Positions 20,381 to 31,712 of a DNA stretch of 64,000 nucleotides are shown here, one piece after another. Origin of the DNA: Clostridia bacterium (GTDB taxonomy: Bacteria > Bacillota > Clostridia > UBA1212 > DUPL01); the NCBI GenBank assembly GCA_050951325.1, contig JBMNIW010000001.1, positions 96,001-160,000 of the forward strand, read 5' to 3'. Made by a program: the position numbers and the translations under genes. Positions within the stretch are counted from its first letter, which is position 1. Every line of letters begins with the position of its first letter. Below the pieces are notes generated by a model. The model had not been told where the DNA came from and did no database searches. It was given only the letters and a program-made list of their open reading frames with translations.

Positions 20381-21616
20381 TTAAACCTCCCTGTTGTATA
20401 TTGGCGCAATATGTTTTTTACCGGACAAAACCACCGTAAAGACACCAACAAGATTGATTGCCGAAGCGATTATGATTACTGTCCTGAAGGGTAGTATGTC
20501 CGCTGCTGCACCTGCTGCCAGCTGTCCGATTATTGTGCCAAAGGTGCACAGCATCTGGAAGCTGCTGTTGAATCGGGCACGATGGGAGTTTGGCACATAG
20601 CTCTGGGTTGCAGATATCCTTATGTTATATGATGTAACTGAAATGGCACCGTTAATAAATGAAAGCAGCAGCATGAATACAAATGGCAGGAACAGATAGG
20701 AGCCTTCTATCAGTGAAATTGATATGTATACGCAGAACGCTATTGCAAATTTGCGATGTGCAGGGTATTTAAAGATATAGTGGATAAGACCTCCTGACAG
20801 TCGACCTATTACACCAGCTCCCATAACAAAGGTATAGAGTATTTCCCCCAGATCCGCGCGGCTTTTAAAGAAAGGTAGTATAAGGGTTCCGCTTCCTGCA
20901 AAAGCAATGGAGTTAATGAAGAAATATATAGTTATGAAAAGGAGTCCCTTTTCAGAAACAATATATGATATGCCTTCCTTGAAGGTCTGATTAAAGCCCT
21001 TTATGCCCTTGGGTAAAACAGATGCCTCCTTTATATGTGTCTCATCTACATCAATTCTGGTTTCAAATGTTGCAGCTATGAAGAAGGTGATGGCGTTGAA
21101 CAGGAACAAAGGCTCAAGTCCGTACACTCTGTTGAAAAAAGCAGCAACGGGAACCATAATGGCGGCAAGGGGATAAATCATGCTGGATATGGAATATGCT
21201 TTTCTGTAGTTTCCCTCAGATATTAATGTGGGATAAAGACTGTCGTAGGCCACCTGGTATATACTGTCTATCGAACCTATTATAATTGACAGTATGAGAA
21301 ACAGCATATAGTTGAAGCTGCCGAACTTCAGAATGAAGAAAATAAGCAGGTATAGTCCGGATGAAAGATAATCAAGCCCCCAGATCATGTTTTTTCTGGA
21401 GTAACGATCCAGATATGGTCCTGCAGCAATGGGCAGTAATATTCTCGGCAGACTGTAAACTACCATAAACAGGGCATAAAGAAAGGTTGATGCGCTGTAA
21501 TCCAGAACCAGTATGGATATGGCAAAGCCGGAGACTGAGTTTCCAAGCATCGAAACAATTGTGCCGAGAGTGATGATTGTAAAGTTTCTATTCCATAGTT
21601 TGTTGTTTGCTGTCAT
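20381..21616 (-). CDS. MFS transporter (DHA3/macrolide-efflux-like)
   Basis: LWNRNF N-terminus, AGPYLDRYSRK motif A, about 12 TMs; ATG at 21616 after GGAGG. Confidence 0.88.
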   Translation of the reverse strand: MTANNKLWNRNFTIITLGTIVSMLGNSVSGFAISILVLDYSASTFLYALFMVVYSLPRILLPIAAGPYLDRYSRKNMIWGLDYLSSGLYLLIFFILKFGSFNYMLFLILSIIIGSIDSIYQVAYDSLYPTLISEGNYRKAYSISSMIYPLAAIMVPVAAFFNRVYGLEPLFLFNAITFFIAATFETRIDVDETHIKEASVLPKGIKGFNQTFKEGISYIVSEKGLLFITIYFFINSIAFAGSGTLILPFFKSRADLGEILYTFVMGAGVIGRLSGGLIHYIFKYPAHRKFAIAFCVYISISLIEGSYLFLPFVFMLLLSFINGAISVTSYNIRISATQSYVPNSHRARFNSSFQMLCTFGTIIGQLAAGAAADILPFRTVIIIASAINLVGVFTVVLSGKKHIAPIYNREV

Positions 21617-21807
21617 ATGTTCCTCCATAAAATATACGTATGCAATTATACACCTAATAAACGATAAAGCAATATAAAGTTTAACTGTAATTTTTTCCTG
21701 ATTTTTAAACATAAGACAGCATAATTAAAAGCTTGTATCATGCCAAGGCTTTGTAAATTTAATCAAGCAATTGATAAGGGGAAGTATTTAACTTCCCCTG
21801 TATCACC

Positions 21808-22191
21808 TCATAATCTCCATGCCTTGTTTGAAATTTCCTTGTACTCTTCTTCCAGCTTGGAAAACCCATCCTTAATCTTATTGTACACAACGTTAACAAA
21901 CTCTTCCGATTGGGCAGATGTGTTCGTTGTCAGAAATCTGAACGGTCCTTTCACACTGCCTTTGAAAGGTATTGCAGCACATAATCTAAGGGAAGCAAGA
22001 ACCCCCTTGTCAAGAGAAACCCAAGCATTGTCATTTACGTAGATATCATAACGCAAAAGCTCATCCCTGATTGCTATATTCTCAATCCTGACCATCTTTC
22101 TCTTGTCAATGCCGTACTTTTCCTTCAACTTGATTATATCCTCGATAAGATTGTAAAAATCCATCAGACGGAACATTTCTTTTGAAAACAT
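21808..22191 (-). CDS. Hypothetical protein
   Basis: ORF with GGAGG RBS, followed by hairpin AGGGGAAGT...ACTTCCCCT. Confidence 0.65.
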   Translation of the reverse strand: MFSKEMFRLMDFYNLIEDIIKLKEKYGIDKRKMVRIENIAIRDELLRYDIYVNDNAWVSLDKGVLASLRLCAAIPFKGSVKGPFRFLTTNTSAQSEEFVNVVYNKIKDGFSKLEEEYKEISNKAWRL

Positions 22192-22301
22192 GGTAACCCT
22201 CCACACACTACCTTTGTTACATGATATTCCGTCTAAATAAAGTATGTTCCAGGCAATGCCAGGAACATACCTTACACCTCTTATTCAATTATTTACACAC
22301 C

Positions 22302-24916
22302 TTATGCTTTCTTGTTCCTTTTCCTGTTGATAACAAACACACCTGCTATTGCAGCAATTGCTGCTACAGCCAGTGAAGCGATTATGCCAATAACAGCGGC
22401 CATGCTGGAGGGCCTTTTGCTTGTGCCCTCAAACAGTTTTTCAGAGAACATGAACTTGAATCTTCCACCAGGAGCCACATCTCCGTTCAAGTAGAAGTCC
22501 ATGATGTCACCGTCTGCCTGCATGTTGTCAGACCACTTGAAATTTAACTCAGGACTATCCTTTCCATCCTGTCCAATCATCTTTCTTGGAATCTTGAGCT
22601 GCAGAACATTGTCCACCACCTCATACTCCACTTCACCAACAAGCTCCCAGTTCCATCCACCGGTGCTTCTTTCCAGATATGCAACCTTGTCGGTTGGATT
22701 TAGCCTGTTGACCACATACTCAAACGACTCCCAACTCTGCTCGCTTTCCTCTGTATCTATGAAAAGTCTCATCCATGCCGGATCTGTATGCGGAGTAAGT
22801 TTGTCAACTGTCTTGACCATGAAGTAGACATTGTCGTCATCATAAGCAAGCTTAGACTGAATTATATCGTTCCTCATGGTGTAGTTTTCATAAACTATGT
22901 CATAATTCACACCATTTATATTTCTTTCCTTGGTGCTCTCCTTGTAGTGGTTGTATTCAGGCAAAACATCATCCCACTGCTTGATTCCCTTGCCAAGCAC
23001 TATGGTCTTTCTTGCATTTACCTTAACTGGTTTTTCCAGTCCCTTGAACTTTCTAACGTTGGCTACCAGTTGATAATAGTAGTGGTCTTTAAGATCGCCT
23101 GTGGTAGGCTCTATGTCTCTGGAGAACTCGTCATTGAACTGATCAGGGAAAGCATTCGTAACTCCACCCCACTCTTCATACCTGCCCACGGTTCTCTCAT
23201 TCCAGCCGGTAATCCATACAAACTTGGGGTCATTATCATGGGCATAGTCCCACTGCTGCTGGAAGTTGAGGCCATACAATTTTGTATTAGGAATATTCTT
23301 GTCAACAACAATCTCTTTGCCCATATAGGTGTATGTATATGAGTAATCGCCCTTTGTATAGGCTCTTCCGTATACCCCTACACCATTCATGGCGGTAAGA
23401 CCATTATCATTGGCGTTTTGTGAAACACCCACGCAGATTTGCTCAATATTGCCATCTTTGTCGACACCAAACTTTGTTTGGGGATATACACTGAGCCAGC
23501 CCCATACGTCTTGCGCTGCAGGCTCTTTGGTATAGTAGGAAGGATCTCCTGGTCTGAAGGTAAAGAAGTCAAGTATTTCCTTATGCAACCTGTTTTCCGG
23601 GTCAAGGTCTTCGTATCTTGCCATTAAAAGAGGCTTGCCTTCCCAGTAGAACCAGAGTTCCCGATATTTTCTCGGTCTGAACATAAGCTGATACAGAAGT
23701 TCAAGCTGCGTGACGGTATTCCTCCTGTTTGCATCCCCACCATGGAAGTTCATAAGGAATGAAATCTTTGGCGCCCTTACTCCGTCTTCCATAGCCTCTA
23801 TCCAGGCCTCGCACAAGTGCCTCATACTGTTCAATCCATACATGAGTACCGTTTGTAGCATCAAAGAATACTACGTCCACTCCAGCGTCCGCAAGAAGCT
23901 CCGCATGCTTTCTTAAAACATATTTGTCCGTTGCCAGATAGTATCCGTAAATAGGTTCCTCCCAATAGTATATTGGGTTTTCAACTTCGTACCAGACTTT
24001 GTGATTGTAATCGTTTTGAGCTTCAGGATACTGCTTCATAATCTTCGTTATGTCTCTGGGAACCAACGTGGTTGGAGTTGCCTTGTGCCATGTCCAGTAG
24101 AACATTCCGACATACTTGTCTTTTTTATCTCCAACGTCCTTGTATGTAGGCATAGTTCTTCCAAGACCATCGGTTGCAGTCCACAAATCCGGACGGACAT
24201 TTAAGCTTGTTGATTGGATGATCCTTATCCAACACCAACTCGTCCGGCACCTCGCTGGAACCTTCAAGCCACCATACATTCGGCGAAAGCACTGCAGTGG
24301 TAACATCCGTTGAATGCATGTAGTCAAGTTCCGCCTCAATAGAACCTTTGATTTCAATACCTCTCTGGTACAGTCTTGTTCCAAAAAAAGGAGTTGTATA
24401 GGCCCATACTCCTACATCCTCTTCAACACCTTCAATTAGAACCAGATACTCGCCTTCAGGCAGCGGGTCAAAGAAGAAATCAAGCCAGGAATTGTCGCGG
24501 AAATCCTTGTATTCCTGCGTTGCCAAGGCTTCTCCCTTGATTGTCTTCTGGTATGAGATGTCCCATTCATAAATGGTAAACCTTATGGTTCCTTTGTGAT
24601 TTGAATAGCTGGGACATGAGAATCTTAAACCCCTAAAGTCCGTAACCGCATAGAACTGAAGAGCCAGCTCGGATCCAGGCAAAGTTTGCATAGCCAAGCG
24701 GTAATCCGTATCTTTGGGGTCATACAAACTGATTCTTTTCTTTCTGTTCATTTGAATTTCATTGTAATACGGTCTGTTTTCCCTAGGCATGGCTGTTGGT
24801 TGAACCTCCTCTGTTGGTATTGGTTCTTTGTCGCCGCCACCTTCCTTGGTGCAGCCAACAAAGAGAACAAGTAGAACAAGTGACAATACAACAAAACATT
24901 TCCCTATGTTTTTCAC
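22302..24916 (-). pseudogene. Twice-frameshifted GH99/GH71-like lipoprotein (about 870 aa restored), paralog of 32305-34752
   Basis: Three overlapping ORFs align end to end with the intact paralog (WTATDGLGR, YVGMFYWTWH, EPIYGYY, AGVDVVFFDATN, ITGWNE, DEFSRDIEP, NGDVAPGGRF). Extra bases near 24201 and 23815; span 2615 = 3n+2. Confidence 0.85.
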
Positions 24917-25047
24917 CCAAAAAACCTCCTGACATTTATTTCTGCCTAATTATATCACACATTAGACATGAAATTTAAGCATATGCCAGTTCTTTTCACA
25001 AAAAAAGGAGTGTATTTTATACACCCCTTCTTGAAAATCAACTTCCT

Positions 25048-27549
25048 TTATACCGTATCTTTCTTCTTTATAAACACTATATAAACCACAACTCCCAGAA
25101 CAACAAGCAAAACACCAAGTACGGCCGCTACAACGTAAATAATCATTGAAGAATCAAAGATATCAGTATTTGTCTTAAATGTATCTTCCAACTGAAACTC
25201 AGGCCAGGTGAAAGGCCCTTTCGGCAGATTTGAACCTGCAGCATACACAGCGGCAATTTCCGTTCTCTTCGTTGGACCAAACTCAACTATTGCCCATTTG
25301 CTGTCTCCTGATTCGAAAAGTTCGCAATCAACTTCCTTGCCGTTTACTTGAATCTTGCATACTGTTGTGTCAATTGGGAAGGGACCAAAACGCATCCTGG
25401 CCTTCTCAACGGCATCTTCATCAGAGAACTGCAGAACCGCCAGCTGCACTCCATCTTTTGGATATGTCACATTTAATGCCAGACGAGCATTTGTAGCCTC
25501 AATCGGCATCTGTGCAATTTCCATACCCCACTCATTTGGCAGTCTGGGGAATATTTTCAACACTCCTTCATCGTTGAAAGATACACCAATTGCTGTATGA
25601 TAGCTTCTCAAAGTCTCTACCATTTGATAAAGGTTGCCCAGGTCCCCGCTCTTAACATACAGTCTATTAACAGGGTCATAGGTGAATTTTTCCGGCGCCA
25701 TATATGGGTTGTCCCTTTTTGGAGCATAGCAAACTTTAGTAAGGTTTTCTAAAAACTTTGTTGCATCCTCCATATGGTCAGTCAAAAGGGCATTTTGAGT
25801 CATGATGCAATGGTTGTATCCAAGGCCACCCAATCCACCATGGTAGTCAACTAATGCAACAGACTTGACACCATCGGGATACGTGTTGTATGAATACTCG
25901 AGCCAATCCTGTTGTGGTATGTCATCTCTGTCAAAACCGTACACGTCTGTAAGCATTGAAATGACAGGATCATGCAGAAAACCAATGCTGAAGGACCACT
26001 TGTTGTTTTTTAGCATGTATCCCTCTATTCCCTTTTTCATAAAATCTGCTGTTTCTTTCCAAGCTTTAGCCTCGTCATGCTTTCCTATTGCTTCTGCCAT
26101 TTCAGCATAACAAAGCAGTCCCAAATAGCAGGGTGCATTGCAGTACAATGTATACTCCTGCATTCCGCCTTCAGACTCAGCGTATAAAAGACCTTTTGTA
26201 GCAAAGGAGAGCTTGGGATGCTCAAAACACCACAAAATCCACTCACATGCTTCGTTTATGTAAACCCAGTTCTTTTCTACCCAGTCTTTTGGTTTGCCCA
26301 TGGATTTCCATACTCTGTAGTTTCCTATCATCATAAGTCCATGGCCGTCGGTTTCCTGGTTTCCAATATTCTTGTACTCGTCACCAAAAGCTTTTTTTGT
26401 ATAGGCGGTAGGCCATCCTCTAGGAACAAGTACTTCAGAGTAATTGAGCGGGTCATTTATTTTTACAGTAAAATGTCCAGGTATTTGAACTCCACCTATA
26501 GTAAGATTGTTTTCTCTGAAAAACATCATCTTTTTGTTGGCATAGCTTACAGCCCTGTCGGCAAGATCCTTGTAGCCAAAGGATGTAAGTACTGTAAAAC
26601 TTCTGTTACGTGTAAAAAAGCTTCCATGAAACGGACCACCTTCGGGCTTCCATGTTCCAAAACTATCATGGAAAAGAGGCGCATTTTTATAAGATTCATG
26701 AAGTAGTCCCTCTTCATCCACTCTTTCAGACAAACTTTTTAAGTTGTAATAAAATACACCGTTTGCAATTTTAGCAAGATTGTTTCCATAAAAACGGACT
26801 TTCACACCGGAGTGATTCTTTCCATACTCAAAAGGAACAGGTTCTTTTGTATAATCTTCTTCAAAGGTATAAAGCTCTTTTCTGATATCATCTATTGCCT
26901 TTTTTACATCGTCGGGATATGGATTTTGAGAATCAACCACATATTTCTCATAAAACTCTTCCTTTGTATAGACGGTCTCTGCTCCACCTCTCAGCTGATT
27001 AACTTCACCCGACACCACATATGCACCTTTAATTACAGGATGACCAGACTTTTCCGCATTGTCTATCATCTCAATTTTTTTGACCTTCTCATTTCTAAGC
27101 TTTATCTTCAGAACGCAATTTTCTTGACCATCAAACGCACCGTTAAGATGCAAAGCCTCCTTTAGAAGGTTTGCCATTTTTTCATCCTTCTCTTCGCCAT
27201 CAAAAGGAGCTTTGTATTCCTTCCAATTGTTGTAATACCAAAGGGTGTAGCCAAAAATTAAAGGAACCTTGTCCACCGTTCCACTTTCATAAGTAATTGC
27301 AATATCACCCATTCGATCTCCAATAAGCCTTATTTCGCTGTAACTGGCAGTACCCCAGATATCTGTTCCGCTGTCAATGGAGTGATAACCACCTACCACA
27401 TACAGATACTCAATATCTCCTTCGTTTCCTTGTGCGACATATGGCAGGCTTACCCATCTACTATCTGATGAATCAGCATTAGCCATGAGAATCCCCAGAC
27501 CAAATGCCAGCAAGCACACGAATAATAACAACAACTTCCTTTTACTCAT
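25048..27549 (-). CDS. Secreted, C-terminally anchored putative glycoside hydrolase (six-hairpin-like, unassigned)
   Basis: Signal peptide; helical region with QETDGHG, AESEGG, TLYCN motifs; C-terminal TM plus KKK. Confidence 0.6.
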   Translation of the reverse strand: MSKRKLLLLFVCLLAFGLGILMANADSSDSRWVSLPYVAQGNEGDIEYLYVVGGYHSIDSGTDIWGTASYSEIRLIGDRMGDIAITYESGTVDKVPLIFGYTLWYYNNWKEYKAPFDGEEKDEKMANLLKEALHLNGAFDGQENCVLKIKLRNEKVKKIEMIDNAEKSGHPVIKGAYVVSGEVNQLRGGAETVYTKEEFYEKYVVDSQNPYPDDVKKAIDDIRKELYTFEEDYTKEPVPFEYGKNHSGVKVRFYGNNLAKIANGVFYYNLKSLSERVDEEGLLHESYKNAPLFHDSFGTWKPEGGPFHGSFFTRNRSFTVLTSFGYKDLADRAVSYANKKMMFFRENNLTIGGVQIPGHFTVKINDPLNYSEVLVPRGWPTAYTKKAFGDEYKNIGNQETDGHGLMMIGNYRVWKSMGKPKDWVEKNWVYINEACEWILWCFEHPKLSFATKGLLYAESEGGMQEYTLYCNAPCYLGLLCYAEMAEAIGKHDEAKAWKETADFMKKGIEGYMLKNNKWSFSIGFLHDPVISMLTDVYGFDRDDIPQQDWLEYSYNTYPDGVKSVALVDYHGGLGGLGYNHCIMTQNALLTDHMEDATKFLENLTKVCYAPKRDNPYMAPEKFTYDPVNRLYVKSGDLGNLYQMVETLRSYHTAIGVSFNDEGVLKIFPRLPNEWGMEIAQMPIEATNARLALNVTYPKDGVQLAVLQFSDEDAVEKARMRFGPFPIDTTVCKIQVNGKEVDCELFESGDSKWAIVEFGPTKRTEIAAVYAAGSNLPKGPFTWPEFQLEDTFKTNTDIFDSSMIIYVVAAVLGVLLVVLGVVVYIVFIKKKDTV

Positions 27550-27710
27550 ATTCTCCTCCCTATTTTACATGTCGATTATATTATATCTACCCTAATAAAT
27601 AATTCCAGTTCATTATGTATAATTACATATACAATTCAGACATATTTTATTACATTCTATTAACAGACAATATGAAAAATCAGGGGTGCAATCATTGCAC
27701 CCCCAACCTT

Positions 27711-28100
27711 TTATTCTAATTTAAAGCCTTTAGGAAGCAGGTCTTTTAATTTGTATACTTCGTAGTTTTCCTCATCCTTTGCAACAATAATTTCAAACTC
27801 ATTCTCATCACAAAACTCCTGCATTACCTGCCGACAAACACCGCAAGGATAACAAAGTTCATTATTCCCACCTACTACAACAATCCTTTTAAAATCATAA
27901 ACTCCTTCTGAAACCGCTTTAAAAAAAGCAGTCCTTTCAGCACAATTCGTGGGTGTATACGCTGCATTTTCAATATTGCAGCCCGTATAAACCACATCAT
28001 TTCCTGCTACAAGGGCCGCTCCCACTTTAAAATTTGAATAGGGAGAATAGGCATATTCCTTTGCATTGAAGGCAAGCTTAATCAAATCACGCACACTCAT
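27711..28100 (-). CDS. cdd: Cytidine deaminase (homotetrameric type)
   Basis: AYSPYSNFKVGAA, NIENAAY, CAERTA, PCGVCRQ. Confidence 0.95.
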   Translation of the reverse strand: MSVRDLIKLAFNAKEYAYSPYSNFKVGAALVAGNDVVYTGCNIENAAYTPTNCAERTAFFKAVSEGVYDFKRIVVVGGNNELCYPCGVCRQVMQEFCDENEFEIIVAKDEENYEVYKLKDLLPKGFKLE

Positions 28101-28103
28101 AAC

Positions 28104-28709
28104 TCAAAACTCCTTTTTCTCATAAATCCTTATGGATACAAGTATGGATACAAGGTTCGCTGTAATAGCCACAGGTATAATATACGCAAGTAAGTCATAA
28201 GGGTCAAGCATCAAGCCCTTTGAAATCTTGTCAGAAAGATACATTAAGCCAAAAACCACAACAGCAGTCAGTGCAAGAAAAACCAGTCTTCCCTTTTCAA
28301 CTCCGAACTTGTACATAAACGGCAAATGAACAGCCAGATAAAAAAGAGCAATGCACACAAGCACGCCAATTTCATAAAAATATCCAAGCTCAGGCACACT
28401 ACCTTTAATGTTGGCATAGACAACATGAGCAGTTACTGTCAGTAAAGAAGCCAGGATCAGCCCCGCATAACCCATAATGTATTTACTAAGTACAATACTT
28501 TTCTTTGTATATGGAAGCATTGCTGCATATCTGTCCCATTTGGCTCTTTCATCATATCCCAGAATCGATACAGGCAGCATTACTGCATACAAAATGACAA
28601 ATGGAGCCATTGATGTTCCAGGAAGCAGTGCCATAAACAAAAGCACTAACAGAAAGAATCTGACTTGTTTAATCAAAGTATAAAAATCTTTTAAAAGCAA
28701 CCCTTTCAC
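28104..28709 (-). CDS. ABC-2 transporter permease
   Basis: MKGLLLKDFY, LP..KKSIVLSKY, KFGVEKGR; about 6 TMs. Confidence 0.88.
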   Translation of the reverse strand: MKGLLLKDFYTLIKQVRFFLLVLLFMALLPGTSMAPFVILYAVMLPVSILGYDERAKWDRYAAMLPYTKKSIVLSKYIMGYAGLILASLLTVTAHVVYANIKGSVPELGYFYEIGVLVCIALFYLAVHLPFMYKFGVEKGRLVFLALTAVVVFGLMYLSDKISKGLMLDPYDLLAYIIPVAITANLVSILVSIRIYEKKEF

Positions 28710-29563
28710 TTGTAATTCTCCTCCCTGTATTTGTGCATAAATACAAATATGTCCTCAATCGTAGGTTTTTCAATCTTGACTGTCTTGGGGGTTTTCTCCC
28801 TAAACACAAGAGCATCAATCCCATATGGAGTCTCCCTTTTACTTACAATCGCATTCTTAGGTACAACCCCGAACTCGCTTCTTGTTGCGTGTACAATCCC
28901 ATATTTGTATAAAAGCGTATCCTTTTCTTCACATAAAACAAGTTTGCCTTTGTGGAGAAAAGCCACATAGTCACAAATCTTCTCCAAGTCACCGGTTATG
29001 TGGGAAGATATTACAATACTGTTTTCCTCATCCCTTGTAAACTCATTTAAAATATCGAGTATCTCGTCTCTTACGATAGGATCAAGGCCACTGGTTGGCT
29101 CGTCGAGTACCAAAAGCCTGCTCTTATGTGATAAGGCCACGCTAATTGACAGCTTCATCTTCATACCTCTGGAGTAATCCTTGAAAACTTTGTCAGGAGG
29201 CAGCGAAAATCTATCCATATAACCGAAGAATCTATCCTCTTCCCAATTCATGTAGGTACGTTTCATAATATTATTTACCTGTTTTGCATTCAAGACTTCC
29301 GGAAATAACGCCTCATCAAGGACAACGCCAATCTCTTCCTTGACTTTTACAAAGCTTTTGCTTGTATTATCACAACCCAAAACCTTAACAACTCCCGAGT
29401 CTCTTTTAATTGAATTCATTATGAGTTTCATGGTAGTACTCTTTCCTGCACCGTTGTCTCCAACAAGGCCCATGATATAGCCTTTCGGCAGCTGGAAAGA
29501 TACATTGTCCAGTTTAAAACCCGGATATTTTTTCACCAAATTTCTAACCTCAATGGCATTCAT
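28706..29563 (-). CDS. ABC transporter ATP-binding protein
   Basis: GDNGAGKST, YSRGM, LVLDEPTSGLD, SSH. Confidence 0.95.
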   Translation of the reverse strand: MNAIEVRNLVKKYPGFKLDNVSFQLPKGYIMGLVGDNGAGKSTTMKLIMNSIKRDSGVVKVLGCDNTSKSFVKVKEEIGVVLDEALFPEVLNAKQVNNIMKRTYMNWEEDRFFGYMDRFSLPPDKVFKDYSRGMKMKLSISVALSHKSRLLVLDEPTSGLDPIVRDEILDILNEFTRDEENSIVISSHITGDLEKICDYVAFLHKGKLVLCEEKDTLLYKYGIVHATRSEFGVVPKNAIVSKRETPYGIDALVFREKTPKTVKIEKPTIEDIFVFMHKYREENYK

Positions 29564-29940
29564 TCCTTATCCACCTCGTACAGAATATTAAACATTTCAA
29601 TTATCTCCTCCTTTGTCAAATCAATTACGGAGGCAAGATCAATTATCTTTTTCATAAACTCCTCTATTTCCTTCAAATGTGCTTCACGAATAAGTTCCAC
29701 ATTCCTTTTCGATACAAAGCAGCCTTTGCCAAGAACCGTGTAAATAAAGCCGTCTTTTTCAAGTTCATCATACGCCCGCTTCGTAGTAATAACACTTATG
29801 CGCAAATCCTTGGCCAGGGAGCGGATGGACGGCAAAGCCTCCCCTTCAAGAAGTCTGCCCTGCATTATCTGTGCCTTTATTTGGTTGTATATCTGCTCAT
29901 ATATGGGCATTTCACTAGTATTACTTATTGATATGTCCAT
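29560..29940 (-). CDS. GntR-family (YtrA subfamily) regulator
   Basis: PIYEQI, LPSIRSLAKDLRISVITTKRAYDELE, GKGCFV; ATG at 29940 after GGAGG. Confidence 0.93.
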   Translation of the reverse strand: MDISISNTSEMPIYEQIYNQIKAQIMQGRLLEGEALPSIRSLAKDLRISVITTKRAYDELEKDGFIYTVLGKGCFVSKRNVELIREAHLKEIEEFMKKIIDLASVIDLTKEEIIEMFNILYEVDKE

Positions 29941-29954
29941 TTCTTCCCTCCTCA

Positions 29955-30014
29955 ACTGTATATACCGTATATATACAGTATAATCAGTATATACAACTAT
30001 AAAAAACATGTCAA
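29955..30014 (-). promoter_or_regulatory. sigmaA promoter plus YtrA-type operator
   Basis: TTGACA-17-TATACT (30014-29986); perfect 10-bp inverted repeat ACTGTATATA-N5-TATATACAGT (29955-29979). Confidence 0.75.
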
Positions 30015-30081
30015 GCATAAAATTCAACTTTCCTGAATAAAAGACATATAAATAGAACAGGCAAGGCTGTGGGGGATAAAA

Positions 30082-30591
30082 ATGAAGAAGTCAAAATATT
30101 TTCAAAGAAAGCCCGACCATCCAGTTATCAAGGTCTGCAAGCCAAACTCATATTATGCGAGTCTATTACGAGACAGCTATGCGGGCAGAGACAGTGAAAT
30201 GACAAAGACATGCCAGTATCTTTACCACCATTTTCTCATGTCCGAAATAAACAAGGAGATAGCCGACATATTGTACAATATAGCAAAAGTAGAAATGAAG
30301 CACCTGGAGATGCTTGCAAAACTAATACTTCAGCTGGACGGAGATCCTGTTTTTAAAGGCGGCGAGGAAGGCAAATCCTATTGGAATGCCAGTTATGTCT
30401 ACTACGGCATAAATATTTATGACATGTTGAGAAAGAATCTGGCCAGCGAATACAAGGCACTGAAAAACTACGAAGAGCACTTCCTTATCATACAGGACGA
30501 TTATATAAAAGATGTATTAAAAAGCATAATGGAAGATGAAAATATTCATATAGAACTGCTTAATTCAATTATCAAAGACTACTTCAGATAA
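30082..30591 (+). CDS. Ferritin-like / Mn-catalase (CotJC-like) family protein
   Basis: YAGRDSEM..QYLY; di-metal motifs EMKH and DENIH. Confidence 0.8.
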   Translation: MKKSKYFQRKPDHPVIKVCKPNSYYASLLRDSYAGRDSEMTKTCQYLYHHFLMSEINKEIADILYNIAKVEMKHLEMLAKLILQLDGDPVFKGGEEGKSYWNASYVYYGINIYDMLRKNLASEYKALKNYEEHFLIIQDDYIKDVLKSIMEDENIHIELLNSIIKDYFR

Positions 30592-30597
30592 ACAATC

Positions 30598-30626
30598 TTG
30601 ACACAAGCCCTCATTCAATGTAGATT
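30598..30626 (+). promoter_or_regulatory. Putative sigmaA promoter of AraC gene
   Basis: TTGACA-17-TAGATT. Confidence 0.55.
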
Positions 30627-30656
30627 AATAACAGCATAATGAAGAGACGGAGTGTC

Positions 30657-31712
30657 ATGAACAAGTACGATACATTTCTGAGCAAATACGAAGAACTGAA
30701 CGAAGAAGAGTTATTCTACAAACAATACCATATAGCAAAGCAAGACCCGTATAGCCTGAAAGAGTTTCTTCTTACGGTGGACAGAAAGGAAATGGACAAA
30801 CATGGGTACTGGCTTCCCGAGCTTGAATACAAATCATCGGATTACCTCAATGAGCAAATTATTGACAAGAAAGAGGACAATATCAGAGTTTTAATGCACA
30901 ACCGCTACACCCCCATGTTCGTCCACAAGCATGCCTTCTTTGAAATGGTATACATTTACAAGGGTAGTTGTGAAAACATAGTAGGAAACTACAACCTGGC
31001 AATGAAAGAAGGCGACATATGCATAATCGCACCTGATGTTGACCACAAGCTATCTGTATTCAATGACAGCTGCATTGCTTTCAATATTATTATTCGAAGG
31101 AGCACATTCACATCCACTTTCATGGACCTTTTCAATGACGATGCGCTGCTTTCCCTCTTTTTCAACAGAATATTGTGCTCAAAAAATGCAAACAGCTACA
31201 TCATGTTCTCAATAAAAAACGACAAGTACCTTAAGTACCTTTTGAACATGCTGATTGTGGAAGGAATGAAAAAGGACAAGAATTACAAAATTGTCACAGA
31301 AAATCTTTTAAGAAGCGCATTCTGCCTTATGCTTAGAAAAAACAGCGAAACAATCCTTTCAAACACAACACAGGTTTACACACCCATTGTAGTAGACATG
31401 ATAAATTACATACAGGAAAACTTCAGAACAGTATCTTTAAAGGAACTTGCAAACACCTTCAATTACTCACCGGATTATGTGGGAAAACTGATTAAAAACC
31501 ATACAGGAGTTTCATTCATGCAAATCCTGCAGGATGTAAGGTTCAAAAAGGCCTGCAGTCTTCTGGTTTCGACAAACCTGAGAGTAATAGACATATGCTG
31601 TCAGATAGGATATGAATCCGTGGAATTCTTCACACGCAGATTCAAGGAGCTATACGGCAAGACCCCCGCAGAGTACAGAAATCAATCTATTTCTTCTTCC
31701 TTTTCATCCTGA
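30657..31712 (+). CDS. AraC-family transcriptional regulator
   Basis: Cupin HKHAFFEMVY...GDICIIAPDVDH; C-terminal HTH GYESVEFFTRRFK..YGKTPAEYR. Confidence 0.93.
   Translation: MNKYDTFLSKYEELNEEELFYKQYHIAKQDPYSLKEFLLTVDRKEMDKHGYWLPELEYKSSDYLNEQIIDKKEDNIRVLMHNRYTPMFVHKHAFFEMVYIYKGSCENIVGNYNLAMKEGDICIIAPDVDHKLSVFNDSCIAFNIIIRRSTFTSTFMDLFNDDALLSLFFNRILCSKNANSYIMFSIKNDKYLKYLLNMLIVEGMKKDKNYKIVTENLLRSAFCLMLRKNSETILSNTTQVYTPIVVDMINYIQENFRTVSLKELANTFNYSPDYVGKLIKNHTGVSFMQILQDVRFKKACSLLVSTNLRVIDICCQIGYESVEFFTRRFKELYGKTPAEYRNQSISSSFSS

Noticed and set aside
27711-28100. Deaminase as an anti-phage effector
   Set aside because: Canonical housekeeping tetrameric Cdd motifs and size; no defence context.
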